This document shows positions 13,745 to 35,096 of a DNA stretch of 64,000 bases, piece by piece. Source of the stretch: the human T2T-CHM13v2.0 reference genome, Homo sapiens; assembly GCF_009914755.1 (NCBI RefSeq), contig NC_060943.1. One strand, given 5' to 3'. The notes beneath the pieces are model-generated. The model saw only the letters and a list, made by a program, of their open reading frames with translations, was not told the origin of the DNA and ran no database searches. Made by a program: the position numbers and the translations under genes. Every line of letters starts with the position of its first letter. Positions within the stretch are counted from its first letter, which is position 1.

Positions 13745-14045
13745 TTGTTTAGAGACAGGGTCTCATTCTGTTGCCTACCTTGGAGCGCACTGGTGAAATC
13801 ATCATAGCTCACTGTAATTTTAAACTCCTGGGCTCAAGTAATCCTCCTGCTTCAGCCTCTTGAGTAGCTAGGACTACAGGCATGTACCACCATGCCTGGA
13901 TCATTTTTTAACTTTTTTTTTTGGTAGAAATGAGGTCTTCCTATGTGGCCTAGGCTGGTCTCTAACTCTCAGCCTCAAGCAATCTTAATCCTCCCACCTC
14001 AGCCTTCCAAAGTGCAGAGGATTACAGGCATGACCACCTTACTTG
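13745..14045 (-). mobile_element. Alu (J family)
   Basis: Diverged reverse Alu. Confidence 0.88.
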
Positions 14046-14067
14046 ATCAAAGTTTTCTTAATATGTG

Positions 14068-15078
<1,011 letters not shown>

Positions 15079-15940
15079 CCACCTGAGTGCTACTGTCCAT
15101 TTCAGAGTCTACTTCCCAGGGAATGCAACCCGCAACAATGCTTCTCTTTGGGCAGCAGGCTCCTTTCTCTAAAGGCTGCTAATCTTTGGTGCATCACCCA
15201 GTCAGTGCATATTTCTCTTGGTACCACGCTTAGCTAAGCTATACTTCTTCCACGTATTCTGGATTGAGAAATTGCATTTTCCACTTCTATGATATCACTG
15301 GGTATTTGTTAACTCAATTTCCCCTATTAGTAGTAATGATATTATTAGTATTAATATTTTTAAATTATAAAATCATAATCTACTATTTTCTTTTAAATAA
15401 TACTAAAGATAACAGCTAAAATCTCCTTCAACCACCACAGCTGCCCAGTACTCTTCTCCATTCCCTGTCTTTAAGGTAGAGACCATTATCAGTTTAGTAT
15501 CTATTCTTATGGACTCTTTTTTGTTTGTTTGTTTTATTGTATTTTTATTTATTCTGGACTCTTTATTCTGTATTTTATTTATTTATTCTGGACTCTTTTA
15601 TATGTATTTAAATGTGTAGAATGTGTGTCCTTGTAAGACTTAAAGAACATCATTCATCTTACATGCTATATAATATTTTGCAAATGTGCTTATACAGTTT
15701 ATATGAAAGACACAGAAATTGTTTTCAATTTTTCCACTATTACAACAAAGCTGCAATAAACGTCTCATTCATGCCCTCCTATGAGGTGTGACCATTCTCC
15801 ATGGGAGAGGCAGAAAAATTGCAATTGCTAGGTCATGTGGTAAGCATATTTAAACATTTGATAGCTACTGCTAATTAATTCCTCAAAGCAATTGCACTAG
15901 TTTCCACTCCCACAAGCACTTTATGAGAGTAGCAAATTCA

Positions 15941-16290
<350 letters not shown>

Positions 16291-16970
16291 TTTGACAACC
16301 TTAAGGGATAAAAATAGATCTGGCTGTAGTTTTGACTTCCCTAGTTACTAACATGGTTGGGTACCTTTACATATTTTCACTATCAATTTGAACTTTTATT
16401 TAAGTGACTTGCCTGTTCATTATGATATTTTTTCTATTATATATATTTTTTATTTTTTGCAATATGTATTGTTGGGGTTGCCTCTCTCTGATTTCTAATC
16501 CTTTGGTTTTGTTCACACAGTGAAACATTATTTATGTCACATATCACTGATAGGGATATTCAGCTGTGTGGGCACTTTTGTTGTCTCCAAGGAGGTAAAA
16601 CCTTACCATAGTCCTAATTGCAGTATCACATAAAGGGTCTGAACACACACGTGTATGGATTCTAATGTTAAGACTCTTGCTATTCTTCAAACCCTTAGAT
16701 CCCTGTGTTGGGTTGGCTGTTATTATTGACTTGGCATCACAACAACCCCCTCTAACAACTTGTCTGTATTGAAGAAGAAAAGCAAGCATCTACCCATTTC
16801 CCAGGATCTCCCTCCCAATATGGTTTTACATTACAGACAACAATGGAGGAGACTGTTATATAATATTTAGCATGTGGAAGACAATGAGAAGAAAAGATCC
16901 AACTTAAAATGGGCAAAGAATTTCAACAGGTAGTCCTCCAAAGAAGTGTCCGGTACACACAAATGGCTAA

Positions 16971-17459
16971 TGTAGGGTCCTCCAGTTACCCTCTCTTTCT
17001 GTGTCCTGACCAAAAATCACAGAGTGCCTTGACCACTCTGTGACCCAGCCAGCTGCACATTTTTTTTCCAGCAGGCTTGAACCCAAACCGGGGCCTTAAA
17101 CATTCCCAGACATTGATAAAGGCATCTAGGTTGTTGCCCAAAATACTGAAAGAAACTGGCCCTGGCCCTGGACCAAATTCCTTAAGCCCCCATAAAAACT
17201 CCATACCCTGATTCCCTCGCTGTGAACATACCTAGGTAGAATGACCCTTTTCTTTCACTGTCCATCACAAGAATTGCTTGCAGCCCTCTTTAAGTTCCAC
17301 TACTAAATGTTTTGGACTGATCACACTGGCATTTAGTGTTTCTTTCTTTAGAATCCCAACCAGCCCCATCTCAGGATGGTTTGGGGGTACTCCATGGTGG
17401 GAACTCCCCTGCCACTGCTTTTGGGGCAATTCCAGCCATGGGTTTGGTGGGATGAACCA
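16971..17459 (+). mobile_element. Solo ERVL-class LTR (LTR32-like) inserted in an L1 fragment
   Basis: TG...CA ends, perfect 5-bp TSD GCTAA (16966-16970 / 17460-17464); flanks are contiguous L1 ORF2 3' sequence. Confidence 0.75.
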
Positions 17460-18260
17460 GCTAAATAGCACATGAAAACACGCTCAATATAATTTCATTA
17501 GGGAAATGCAAATAAAAATTGCAACGTGATACCACTTCACACCCACTAGAACTCCTGTAATGAAAAAGACAAGTAATAACGAGGGTTAGCAAGGATACAG
17601 AGAAACGAACTGCCACACATTGTTGGCTGGAATGTAAAATGGCGCAACTCTTTTGGAAAACAACTTTCTCATATACAATTTTCCATCAGTCTTTCCTTTT
17701 CTCTCTTTTTGCCCTCCACAGACTTCCACCTCACATCTCTAAACTCTACCCTCTGTAATTCCCACCTCTCTTTTCAGGATTTTAGGATCAAATCAACCAT
17801 GCTTTTCTTACACCCCTAAAAGAAATTACATTACCTAGACCCAAATCAGTCTGAAATAGAAGGCACTCGAATTGTTGTTTGGAGAGATCTCAGAGTGGAT
17901 TCCTATAGCCATACTCTTGCTTTTACTCTCAATAATCATTATTAGTTTTTGGCAGTACTTATGGTAAGACAAGTAACTTTTAATTCTGTTGAAACCTTAA
18001 CTCTGGGCCTCTATAGGGCATCATTGTCTTTGCAAACATTTACTGTACACCTGTAATGTATAAAGCACCATATTTACTCTTAAGGAGTTCCCACTCTACT
18101 GAGCTAAAAATGCTATAGGACTGTGAGGGGAACTAAAAAAGCAAAACAAACCAAATCCAAAATTAGTAAAAAGAAAGAAATAATAAAGATCAGAGCAGAA
18201 ATAAATGAAATTGAAACTATAAAAACAATACAGGGGATAAAATGGAAAGATTTTTTTTGA

Positions 18261-18648
<388 letters not shown>

Positions 18649-19479
18649 TCCCATCTGTTAAATTCTTAATGTCAGTCATTGTGTTGAGCTTTCTAGGATT
18701 TTAAATTTTTATATAACCATTTTTTAAAAATGGATCTTTTAAATGCCACACTAAGCATAAACTTTTCAAAAACAGAACCAAGTGATTACTTTTAGTTTTC
18801 ATTTATTTTCTTTAATCAGTTGTTTTAAAGTTTGTGCCCGCTAACTCCAATATCTGGATCATCTGGAAGTCTGTTTCAACTATTAGAATATCATGCTTAT
18901 GTACAGTTTCTTTTGCCTGCAGTCTTAAGGAATCTACTCATTCCCCAAGTTTGAATGTTTATATTGTCTTTTGTTTTTGTTTTGGCATTTGGCCAATTTT
19001 CTGGCAAGCCCCATTAATTTTTGTTGAATGCCAGGTATTTTGTATAAAAAATGGTGTTGACTCTAGATAATGTAATCTTCCTTCAGAGGATCTAAGTTTT
19101 CTTCTGGCAGACAGAGGACAGGCATATCACAAACTTTACTCACATGATGTTGTGATCCATTATTTTTGACTTGGAGAATATGAGGATTTTCATTTTCGGC
19201 AGGACAATGAGCCAGTATAGATAAAATTTAAAACACGTCTATTCACTCAACAACCACACATTTAAATGTTCTATGGAGACGATGAATATAAAGAGATGAA
19301 ACTTATTTTTCTCTGGTTTTTATTGCATTGTGGTTTAGAAGAGTGAAAAACAGTAAACAGGCCTTCAATAGTAAGAAATTGGTTAAGTAAAAATAACACA
19401 TTAATACACAAGAATACCATGCAGGCATTAAAAATTAGGTTGTAGGTCATTTAAATTTTTTTCTCAGTTTATTGTTTTG

Positions 19480-26260
<6,781 letters not shown>

Positions 26261-26269
26261 ATTTCTACT

Positions 26270-27800
26270 ACTGACTTATGAGATGTACTTTAAAAAATTC
26301 TTAAATGGTTACTCTAGGGCTTAAAATATATTCCTGTATTTTTTCACAGTCTATCTTCAAATCATATTATGCCAATTCATGTATAGAGTACAACCATATA
26401 CCTCTAATTTCTGCTAGTATATTTCTAATTTCTGTCTTCCCTGTTTTGCAGTGTTCTTACGAAACATCTTATTTTTGTATGTCCTCTAAATTCATAAAAC
26501 CTCATTCCTAATTTTGCTTTACTGAATTATATTTTGGAGTAATAAAAATAAAAATTATTTTACACTTAAAATGATTGAAATAACTATTTTCATAGTTATG
26601 TCTTTTGGTAGATCCAAGTCTATTTCTGGTATGCTAAATATCTCTTACAGTGCAGGTCTGCTAACAGTGAATTCTATCAGCTTCTGTTCATCTGAAAATG
26701 CCTTTATTTTGCATACCTTCTGAAAGATTTTTTCCACCAGGCTTAGATTTTTGATTGATCATTTTTTTTATTGTTGTTTCTAAATGTTAAAGATGTAACT
26801 CCATTGTCTTTTGCTTGCATGGTTTGTGATGATAAGTCTGATGTTTTTCTCACTCTGCTTCTTATATGTAATGTGTCCCTTTCCTCTGTCTGCCATTAAT
26901 ATTTTCTTTGCACTGTCCATCCATTTTTAGCTATTGGGCAATAATACCTCTAGTTTTGTTCTTTTTTTAAAAAAATACTGCTTTGGTATTCTGACGTTCT
27001 TGAATCTGGGTGAAGTCTTATTATTTTTGGAAAATTCTCAGCCATTATCTCTTTAAATATCTTTTCTTCCCATTCTCTCCCCGGACCCTGGGTTTCCAAG
27101 TATGCAAATATTAGATCCTACAATGTTGTCCTATTTGTATTGTTTTCTTCACACTTTTTCTTTTTGTGTTTTAGTTTGCATGATTTCTATTGACCTATAT
27201 TCAAGTTCGGACACTTTTCTCAACTATGTTGAGCCTACTCATAAGTCCTTCAAAAGCATTCTGATAAAAGTAAAAGCAGTAGCATAAATTTTCTTTTCCT
27301 AGCATTTCCCATTTGACTATTAAATTTTACTGAAATCCCTATCTGCTCATGCATATTATCTGCCCTTTTCACTGGAGTCTTTAGCACATCAATCAGTTAT
27401 GTAAAATTCCCTAATAGTTCCAAAATATGGTTATCTATAAGTGTGGTTTTATTGATTGGTCTGCTATCTATTGGCAGAAGATTGTTCTCAACTTTTGATC
27501 TTGTGTTTTTAAAATAAAATGCCAGATAACATATACAAAACAGTAGAGACTGAAGACAACATTATTTTTTGCCTAAAACTGGGCACACATGTTCTGCTAG
27601 GATGTCAGGGTGGAGTGCTGAATTAATCTGGTCAGGAATCAAGCTGGAATTGGGTTTTGTTGTTGCAATATTTATCTTAGTTGTACCATGGCTTCAAATT
27701 TCTCTAGTGTTACCTTGTGCTTAGGGTGGGAACTGGAGTGCTAAAGTTTTCTCAATGTTCCTGTTGCCCCATCCTCAGCTTTTGGCCATCCCTTGGCACC
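26270..27800 (-). mobile_element. Older L1M fragment (ORF1/5' region)
   Basis: T-rich diverged L1 ORF1-like sequence (GGAAAATTCTCAGCCATTAT, ATTGACCTATATTCAAGTTC). Confidence 0.6.
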
Positions 27801-29462
27801 AGGGCCAAGAAAGATTCTCCATGTTCTTCCCTTTTCTCACGGTAGCCTGCTGTTGCTTCTCACTAGGAATAGGCTAGGGGACCAGCGGTGTCCTTTGTTG
27901 TCTTGGTTAGTCTCAGTTGTTAGTGGGAATTGGAGTGTCAGAGATTCTATGCATTTTGGGGAGCCAGAACCACACAGGACTAAAATGGTACAGAATATCT
28001 CTTCCTTCGGCTGTGAAAAGAAAGCAGGTGATGCTGCTATATTGTGAACAACATGAAGACAAGAATTCACAAGAAAAGAGAGGTGAGAGAATTAAAAGAA
28101 AGCAATATAAAATCCCCCTACCTTACCCAGACCCTAGTCTTACACTATCTGTATCTTTTCATTTATATGAACTAAGAAACAGTTTTGGTTTAGGCAACTC
28201 TAAATTTTCTGTTACTTAGAACTAAAAGCATTCCAATTGATAAAACCACCATGAGCTCTCCCCTGTAAGTGATGATATCAAAGACATGCTTTAGAAGCCC
28301 TGGATTTCTGATGATACTGTGCAACTTGAACCAGCACCTCAAAAGCCAAGTTATGCCAGTGCTTTGGTCATCATATTCATCCAGCAAGGGGAAATCTGAT
28401 GGAAAAGCCGTGAGCATCAATTTATAAAACTGGATTGCACTAGGACATCCTAGGCAACATGGATTTTGAGACCTAAGGAAATTTCACAGAAATATAAAGT
28501 TATGGACACCTAATTTATCTGTATTCTTAAAAATCCAGGAAATTTTAAGAACTAACTTCAGGGGGTTTATTCTTTACTGTTGTTGGTCATAATGTCATAC
28601 AGTGAAATCAAGCAATCATATCATGAGTTCTTAAGTATAAGAGATAATATATCAATAGCTGTTTACTGCTTTGGTGTAATTGGTAAATGTCCATTATAAA
28701 TATTTTTAAATAAAGCACAAAAAAACTAAGCCAAAAATTTCTTTCCAGAGAAAACTACTGTGGATATAATAATGAGTAATCTTTCACACATTATCTATAA
28801 GCATATATTTGAACATACATGTACACAGGCTTAAATTAGCTGGCTATTATGAATGTACAGTCCAGGTTTTTACTAAACAATATGCATGATCCATTCTTGT
28901 CATTTTAGAGCTAAATCATACTTTCTGTAGATCCATAGTATAGAACATACAGAAACTTACCCAAATTCATATTGATGGACATTTACTTCCAGCTTAAAAC
29001 ATTACTATCATTGTAAAATCCTTTCTTACTGCTAAAATTGCTTAATTATAAATTACTGTTCTACGATTTCCAGATCGGTATGCACATTTTACATTCCGAT
29101 ATATATGGGGGGCTTGATAAGTATTTTGATATATATAGAACGACAAGCTTGTATTTTTCACTTTCGCCAACAAAATGCATCATTCTTGAAGACAGACACT
29201 AGCAAGTAAATGGCAACCCTATCCTGCTAGTCAATACATTGATAAATATGCTTAGAAAAATTCAAGATTTTCCCTTTTTTTGTGTGTGAGTGGGAGAAGT
29301 ATGGGAATGGAAAACTTGACAAAATTAAAATCTTTCAAACTTGACCCTGCTTAAGGAGGTGTGGATTGGACAAAGGCTACAACATTTAGAAATCAGTCAG
29401 ATCAAATGGACTTTTAGAGAAATATGGAGAATAAAAAAACCCCAAGTATTGTGATTTTGACA

Positions 29463-29468
29463 TTTATT
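29463..29468 (-). terminator. Distal AATAAA polyadenylation signal of ZNF112
   Basis: TTTATT on the plus strand, with a U-rich element about 20-35 nt downstream on minus. Confidence 0.65.
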
Positions 29469-30326
29469 AAAAAGTATTTGTCATCAGTAACCATTTTGGA
29501 TACTTGCAAATATTACAGTAAAACTCTGCCTTAATTCACAGGGCAGGAGTAGAAAATCAATTATGTAAAATACAGTGTTCCATTTTTGCAACATTAACCA
29601 GAAACATTGTTTATCAGTTTGTACTGATATTTAAAGTGCACACATGGGTACATATACACACACACAAAGCTAAACTTCAGCAGATGGTATAATGTATAGA
29701 GACCAAACGTTAAGAAATGCAGCACATCTCTGCTCAAGATGGAACAAAGGGTGGGAACTAACCCCAATAGGGTTACAATCAAATTAATGTTATTTCAGAT
29801 CATCATAATGCTTATTGTTCTACATTTCAAATATTTACTTGAAATGATTTTATTAAGATTACTTGCAGGATTTCTCCTCCAAATACATTTTAAGTTTTAA
29901 AAAATGCGCTTAAAAATTTCAAACCTTTTACCTTTACATACTTTTAGTTATTTAGCAAAAAGTACTGAGCACCTACATTGCGTTATGAAATGTCCTAGTT
30001 TTGTAGACTAGCAATGAACAAAGTCCCTTCTTTCACCAAGCTTACATTCTAGAGAACATGGATTTAGGCATGCTCATCACTGTACTTTTATTAAATTCCT
30101 GACCATACTCATATTTTATAAGCCTTAGCTCCTGTGCAATGACTGATGTTAAAGTTCTAACAAAATCCCTCGTGAAACCCCTCTCATTAAATGTCTCTGT
30201 TGTGTGGTCTCCTGGCCATTATGAATGTTGAAGTTGGGCAGCAACATTACATTTTAATTTTTAAAAATTCTTTTTCTACTGAAAGAACTCTAGTGACTGG
30301 AAAATTTCAGCTCCCATTTGAGGACT

Positions 30327-32830
30327 TCAAAACAAAACAGAATCTTCATTTCTGTGTAGATTCTCTGATGAAGGGTAGTCCTTACCATAGTCTTCGCTTT
30401 TATAGAATTTATCACTACTATGGACTCTTTGATGAATGAGAAGACCTGAGCTCCAACGGAAACCCTTACCACATGCATCACATTTGTATGGTTTCTCTCC
30501 TGTGTGGACTCTCTGGTGAGCCTGAAGATTTGATCTCTGACTGAAGCCCTTTCCACATACCTCACATTTGTATGGTTTCTCTCCTGTGTGGACTCTGTGA
30601 TGGGCTTGAAGACTTGAATACCCACTGAAACCCTTACCACACTGTTCACATTTATAGGGTCTCCCTTCCACATGAACCCTTTGGTGTGCTTGAAGGCGTG
30701 AACTCTCACTGAAACCCTTTGTACACACCGCACATTTGTATGGTTTCCCTCCTGTGTGAACCCTCCGATGTGCTTCAAGGCGCGAACTCTGACTAAAGCC
30801 CTTCCCACACATCTCACATTTATACGGTTTCACTCTAGTGTGGACTCTCTGATGACCTTGAAGATATGCTCTCTGACTGAAGCCCTTTCCACATACCTCA
30901 CATATATATGGTCTTTCTCCAGAATGGACACTCTGATGACTCTGAAGGTATGATCTCTGACTGAAACTCTTACCACACTCATCACATTGGTATGGCTTCT
31001 CTCCCGTGTGGACCCTCTGATGGGCCAAAAGTGTTGAGGCCTTACTGAAGCCTTTACCACATTCTTCACATTTATAGGGTTTTTCTCCTGTGTGAACCCT
31101 CTGATGAATTTGAAGATTAAAGCTCCAACTGAACCCCTTCCCACATTCCTCACATTTGAATGGTTTTTCTCCAGTGTGGACTCTCTGATGGCCTTGAAGG
31201 TGTGAACTCCGACTGAAGCCCTTCCCACACTCCTCACACTTGTATGGTTTTTCTCCAGTGTGAACTCTCTGATGGCCTTGAAGGTATGAATTTCGACTGA
31301 ACCCCTTCCCACATTCCTCACATTTATAAGGTTTTTCTCCAGTGTGGACTCTCTGATGGGCTTGAAGATATGAACTCCGACTGAATCCCTTATCACATTC
31401 CTCGCATTTATAAGGTTTCTCTCCGGTGTGGACTCTCTGATGAACATTCAGAACTGATCTATGATTGAAACCTTTGCCGCATATATTGCATTTGTATGGC
31501 TTCTGTCCAGTGTGGACTCTCTGATGATCTTTAAGTTTTGAGCTCCAGTTGAAGCCATTCCCATGCTCCTTACGTGGTTTCTCTCCAATGTGAATTTTTG
31601 GATGACCTTGAAGATGTAAATTATGGCTGAAGCTGTTACTACACACATAGCGTTTATATGGTTGTTCCTTAGTGTGGACTATCTGAAGGTCCTGAAAATG
31701 TGAGGCCAGACTGAAGCCATTACCACACTCCTGAGAATTATATGAATTCTCTTCCATATGAACCCTATGCTGAATGTCAAGATTTGAACTACAAATGAAA
31801 CTCTTTCCATACTCTATATCTGTGTATAGTTTCTCTTCAGTGTGGATTTTTTGATGGACTTGAAGACATGAACTCTGATTAAAGACATTCTCATTTTCCT
31901 CATATTCATGGGGTTCATCCCTAGTATGGACCCTAAAAATACTATTAAGGTCTAAGCTATGACTGAAGGCTTTCTCATAAATGTTGTGCCTATAGGACAT
32001 CTCACCTGTGTGGATAAGTTCATAAGTGTTAAGAGGGGAACAGTGATTGAAGTTCTCACCATATTCACCACATTTGCATGGTTTCTCCTCTGTATGCACT
32101 CTCTGATAGGATTTCAGATGTGAATTCTCAATATCATCTTCTCTCTCAATATTTTGATGAATATGAAGAAGTGAACTATAATTACAGCCCTTTCCACATG
32201 AACTGTATGTATAGGGCTTCCCTTCCAAGTGGAACTGCTGATGAACTTCAGAGCTGGAGTCATTACTGAAGGCTTTTCTATACCCAGTACATGGATAGGG
32301 CTTCTCCTCTGTTTGAATTGACTCCTGATTAAGTAATGATACCTTCATGATATCTTCTCCACAGTCATGGCAGCTGTAGTTTTCTTTTCTGTGTACTTCC
32401 AGTTTATCATTGTGATGTGAGAGCCAACTGACACTGTCACACTTACAGAAATGATTTTTCATGGAAATTTGCTGACATCTACACTGATAATTATGTGACT
32501 CTTTCAGATACATTTTCCTCCAAGAATGATGTGCCCTCCAAGATGGATACCCTTGACTTTTTATATAATTGGAGCCATTCCCTATATGAGTCAATATATA
32601 GTTCTTATCTTCAGAAATCTGAACTGGTATTCCTGCCCAAACCTGGCCGAGGGAATTACCTTGTTCTTGCAACTGAGAATTCTTCCCTTGAAAAACTTTC
32701 AGGAAATCTTGACACCTGATTAACCCACCTGCACTTTGTTGCCAGGTCTGACGGGAGGAAAGCTCTTTGGGGGAAAAGTAGCTTACTGTTACTTCCTGAA
32801 TACTCTCCATCTTTTGTTGATTCTTCCTTC
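30327..32830 (-). CDS. ZNF112: ZNF112 zinc-finger exon: spacer, about 11 degenerate and 13 intact C2H2 fingers
   Basis: TAG acceptor at 32831-32833; (G)[13 protein letters not shown]... open to the stop at 30327; mostly TGEKPY-type linkers; intact fingers at about 30420-31496. Confidence 0.97.
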
Positions 32831-32998
32831 CTATAAGGATAAAGAGAATTCAGATGTGCACGAGTGAATGCTTTATTCAAGAGATTTGAAGATTTTACAC
32901 TTAGGTCATAACATGAAACTTGAATGAACCAGAGGAAAATTCATGCCACTATTTCTAAGAATACTTAGAAAATATCTCCTCTTTGGCTATACCAGTTA

Positions 32999-33227
32999 CA
33001 GGTTGAGTATTCTCAATCCAAAAATCTGAAATGTGAAATGCTCCAAAATCCAAAACTTTTTTAATGTTCTACATGATGTTCAAAGGAAATACTCATTGGA
33101 GTATTTCAGATTTCTGATTAGGGATGCTCAACTGGTAAGTATAATGCAAATACTCTAAAATCTGAAAATATTTGAAATACAAAACACTTCTGGTCCCAAG
33201 CATTTTGGAGAAGGGATATTTAACCTA
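32999..33227. mobile_element. Tigger4a/MER46 MITE
   Basis: CAGGTTGAGTAT...AAATGCTCCAAAATCC...CTTCTGGTCCCAAGCATTTTGGA.AAGGGATA. Confidence 0.8.
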
Positions 33228-33331
33228 CATACAAATAGCATCTACATAATTCAGGATATCTGATGCCTCAAAATCAGGACTTTGCAGCACGACCTGGACA
33301 TCGAACATGATGGCTGTGTTCAAAAGGCTTA

Positions 33332-33661
<330 letters not shown>

Positions 33662-33943
33662 TTATCATGGATTAATCATGGGTTTCCAGGAGATCTGAAG
33701 GGGAAAAGAGGATGTTCTTAAATCTGGAAAAATATAGTTGCAAATGGACAAACGCCTTTTGTCCTAATAAGTTTTTCTTTTTTGTCTGGCACATAAACAT
33801 GATAATGTTGTTCATTTGTAAGTGTACTGTGTGCGTTAAATGATATGCTGAAGAAGGTAAATACAGACTTTTACTTTATGTTTGAGGCATCACATATCCT
33901 GTCACTAATGAGCTATTTATCCTCATGAGAATAATAAGCTCTT

Positions 33944-33988
33944 CTTCAGATTATGAGACTAACGCGCTGCCAGCTGCGCTAAGAGGGC
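33944..33988 (-). pseudogene. Tailless retropseudogene of the 5' half of elongator tRNA-Met(CAT)
   Basis: Minus strand GCCCTCTTAGCGCAGCTGGCAGCGCGTTAGTCTCATAATCTGAAG corresponds to tRNA-Met nt 1-45 (anticodon CAT at 33953-33955); 19-bp TSD GAGAATAATAAGCTCTTCT at 33927-33945 and 33992-34010. Confidence 0.88.
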
Positions 33989-34923
33989 TTAGAGAATAAT
34001 AAGCTCTTCTAAGTCCCTGTAGGCCATTACAGATTTTAACTCTTTTCAAAAGATATTTCACAATTATCAACGGCCATGGTGTAGGTCAAAATGTGAAAGA
34101 CTGTGACAGAATTCAACTAAAAAAATCAGAAAAAAATTATGGCACCTGTAGGTGTCCTCTGAGGTGCTCATTAGCCAGGAACAGAACTCAATGAATACTG
34201 ACTTTTGCTTGTGCCATTTTACTGGAAAATTATGTTAGTGTTTAGGAAATTTGAGGCACCAGAAAGGGTTGAAGACAGGATATTTGGGTAGAAATAGTTA
34301 CCTAGTTATTAAAGCTCAGATTATAAGCAGACAGCAGATCTTCATATACTAGTGACAAATATCCTCCCTAAGGACAACTGGTTAAACAGGGTTGAATTAA
34401 TAACATGCATTCTTCTAACACTTAGAAGTAGATTAAGTCTCTATAATATCCAGAAGAAAAGCAGTAAAAGGGATGTTTTTTCATGAATATTACCCTCAAA
34501 CATAATTCTGCCTTATTTCTTTGTGTTTGTCTGCCTCTCCACACTGGAATGTATTATCCATGAAAACAAACACTGTTTTGTGCACTGCATTCCTTTCACT
34601 GCCAAGTGAACAGTAGTTGCTCAATAAACATTGATGAATAAATCATAGTTTGAGTTGCTCTCACTCATAGAACTAAAAGAGCATGTAATGTAGCTTTTTA
34701 AATGGGAAAGGAACTGGTGATGGTGGCAACTTTGCTGGAAAGCTGAAAGGCTATAGGAGACGTAGGGCGACAATTCAGAGTGATACTGCTGATGAGAAAA
34801 GCAAAGGTCACAAGAATCTACTGTGGATGAAATAAAAATGTAAGATCAAAAAGACCCATAGGCAGGGCCTGTGGATTGAGTCTTTCTCATTTTTAAAGTA
34901 ACTTTTTAAATGGTACAACTGTG

Positions 34924-35096
34924 AGCCAGGCATGGTGACGCAATCCTGTAGACCCAGCTACTCAGAAAGCTGAGGCAGGAGAAATGCTTGAGCCCAGGCA
35001 TCTGAGGATGCAGTGACCTATTAATATAATTGCACCTGTGAACAGCCACTGCAACTCCAGCCTGGGCAGCATGGCAAGACTCTGTCTCAAAAAAAC
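34924..35096 (+). mobile_element. FAM (fossil Alu monomer)
   Basis: Monomer with the 7SL-derived CCTGTGAACAGCCACTGCA segment; flanking AAAATGGT repeat. Confidence 0.75.

Noticed and set aside
28269-28312. GTGATGA...CTGA resembling a C/D box snoRNA
   Set aside because: Only about 45 nt between the boxes, no terminal stem and no plus-strand host intron
30290-31648. Long +1-frame ORFs (66, 205 and 175 aa) and antisense ORFs over the zinc-finger array
   Set aside because: Shadow ORFs expected from the repetitive codon structure of C2H2 arrays; no independent start context or domain
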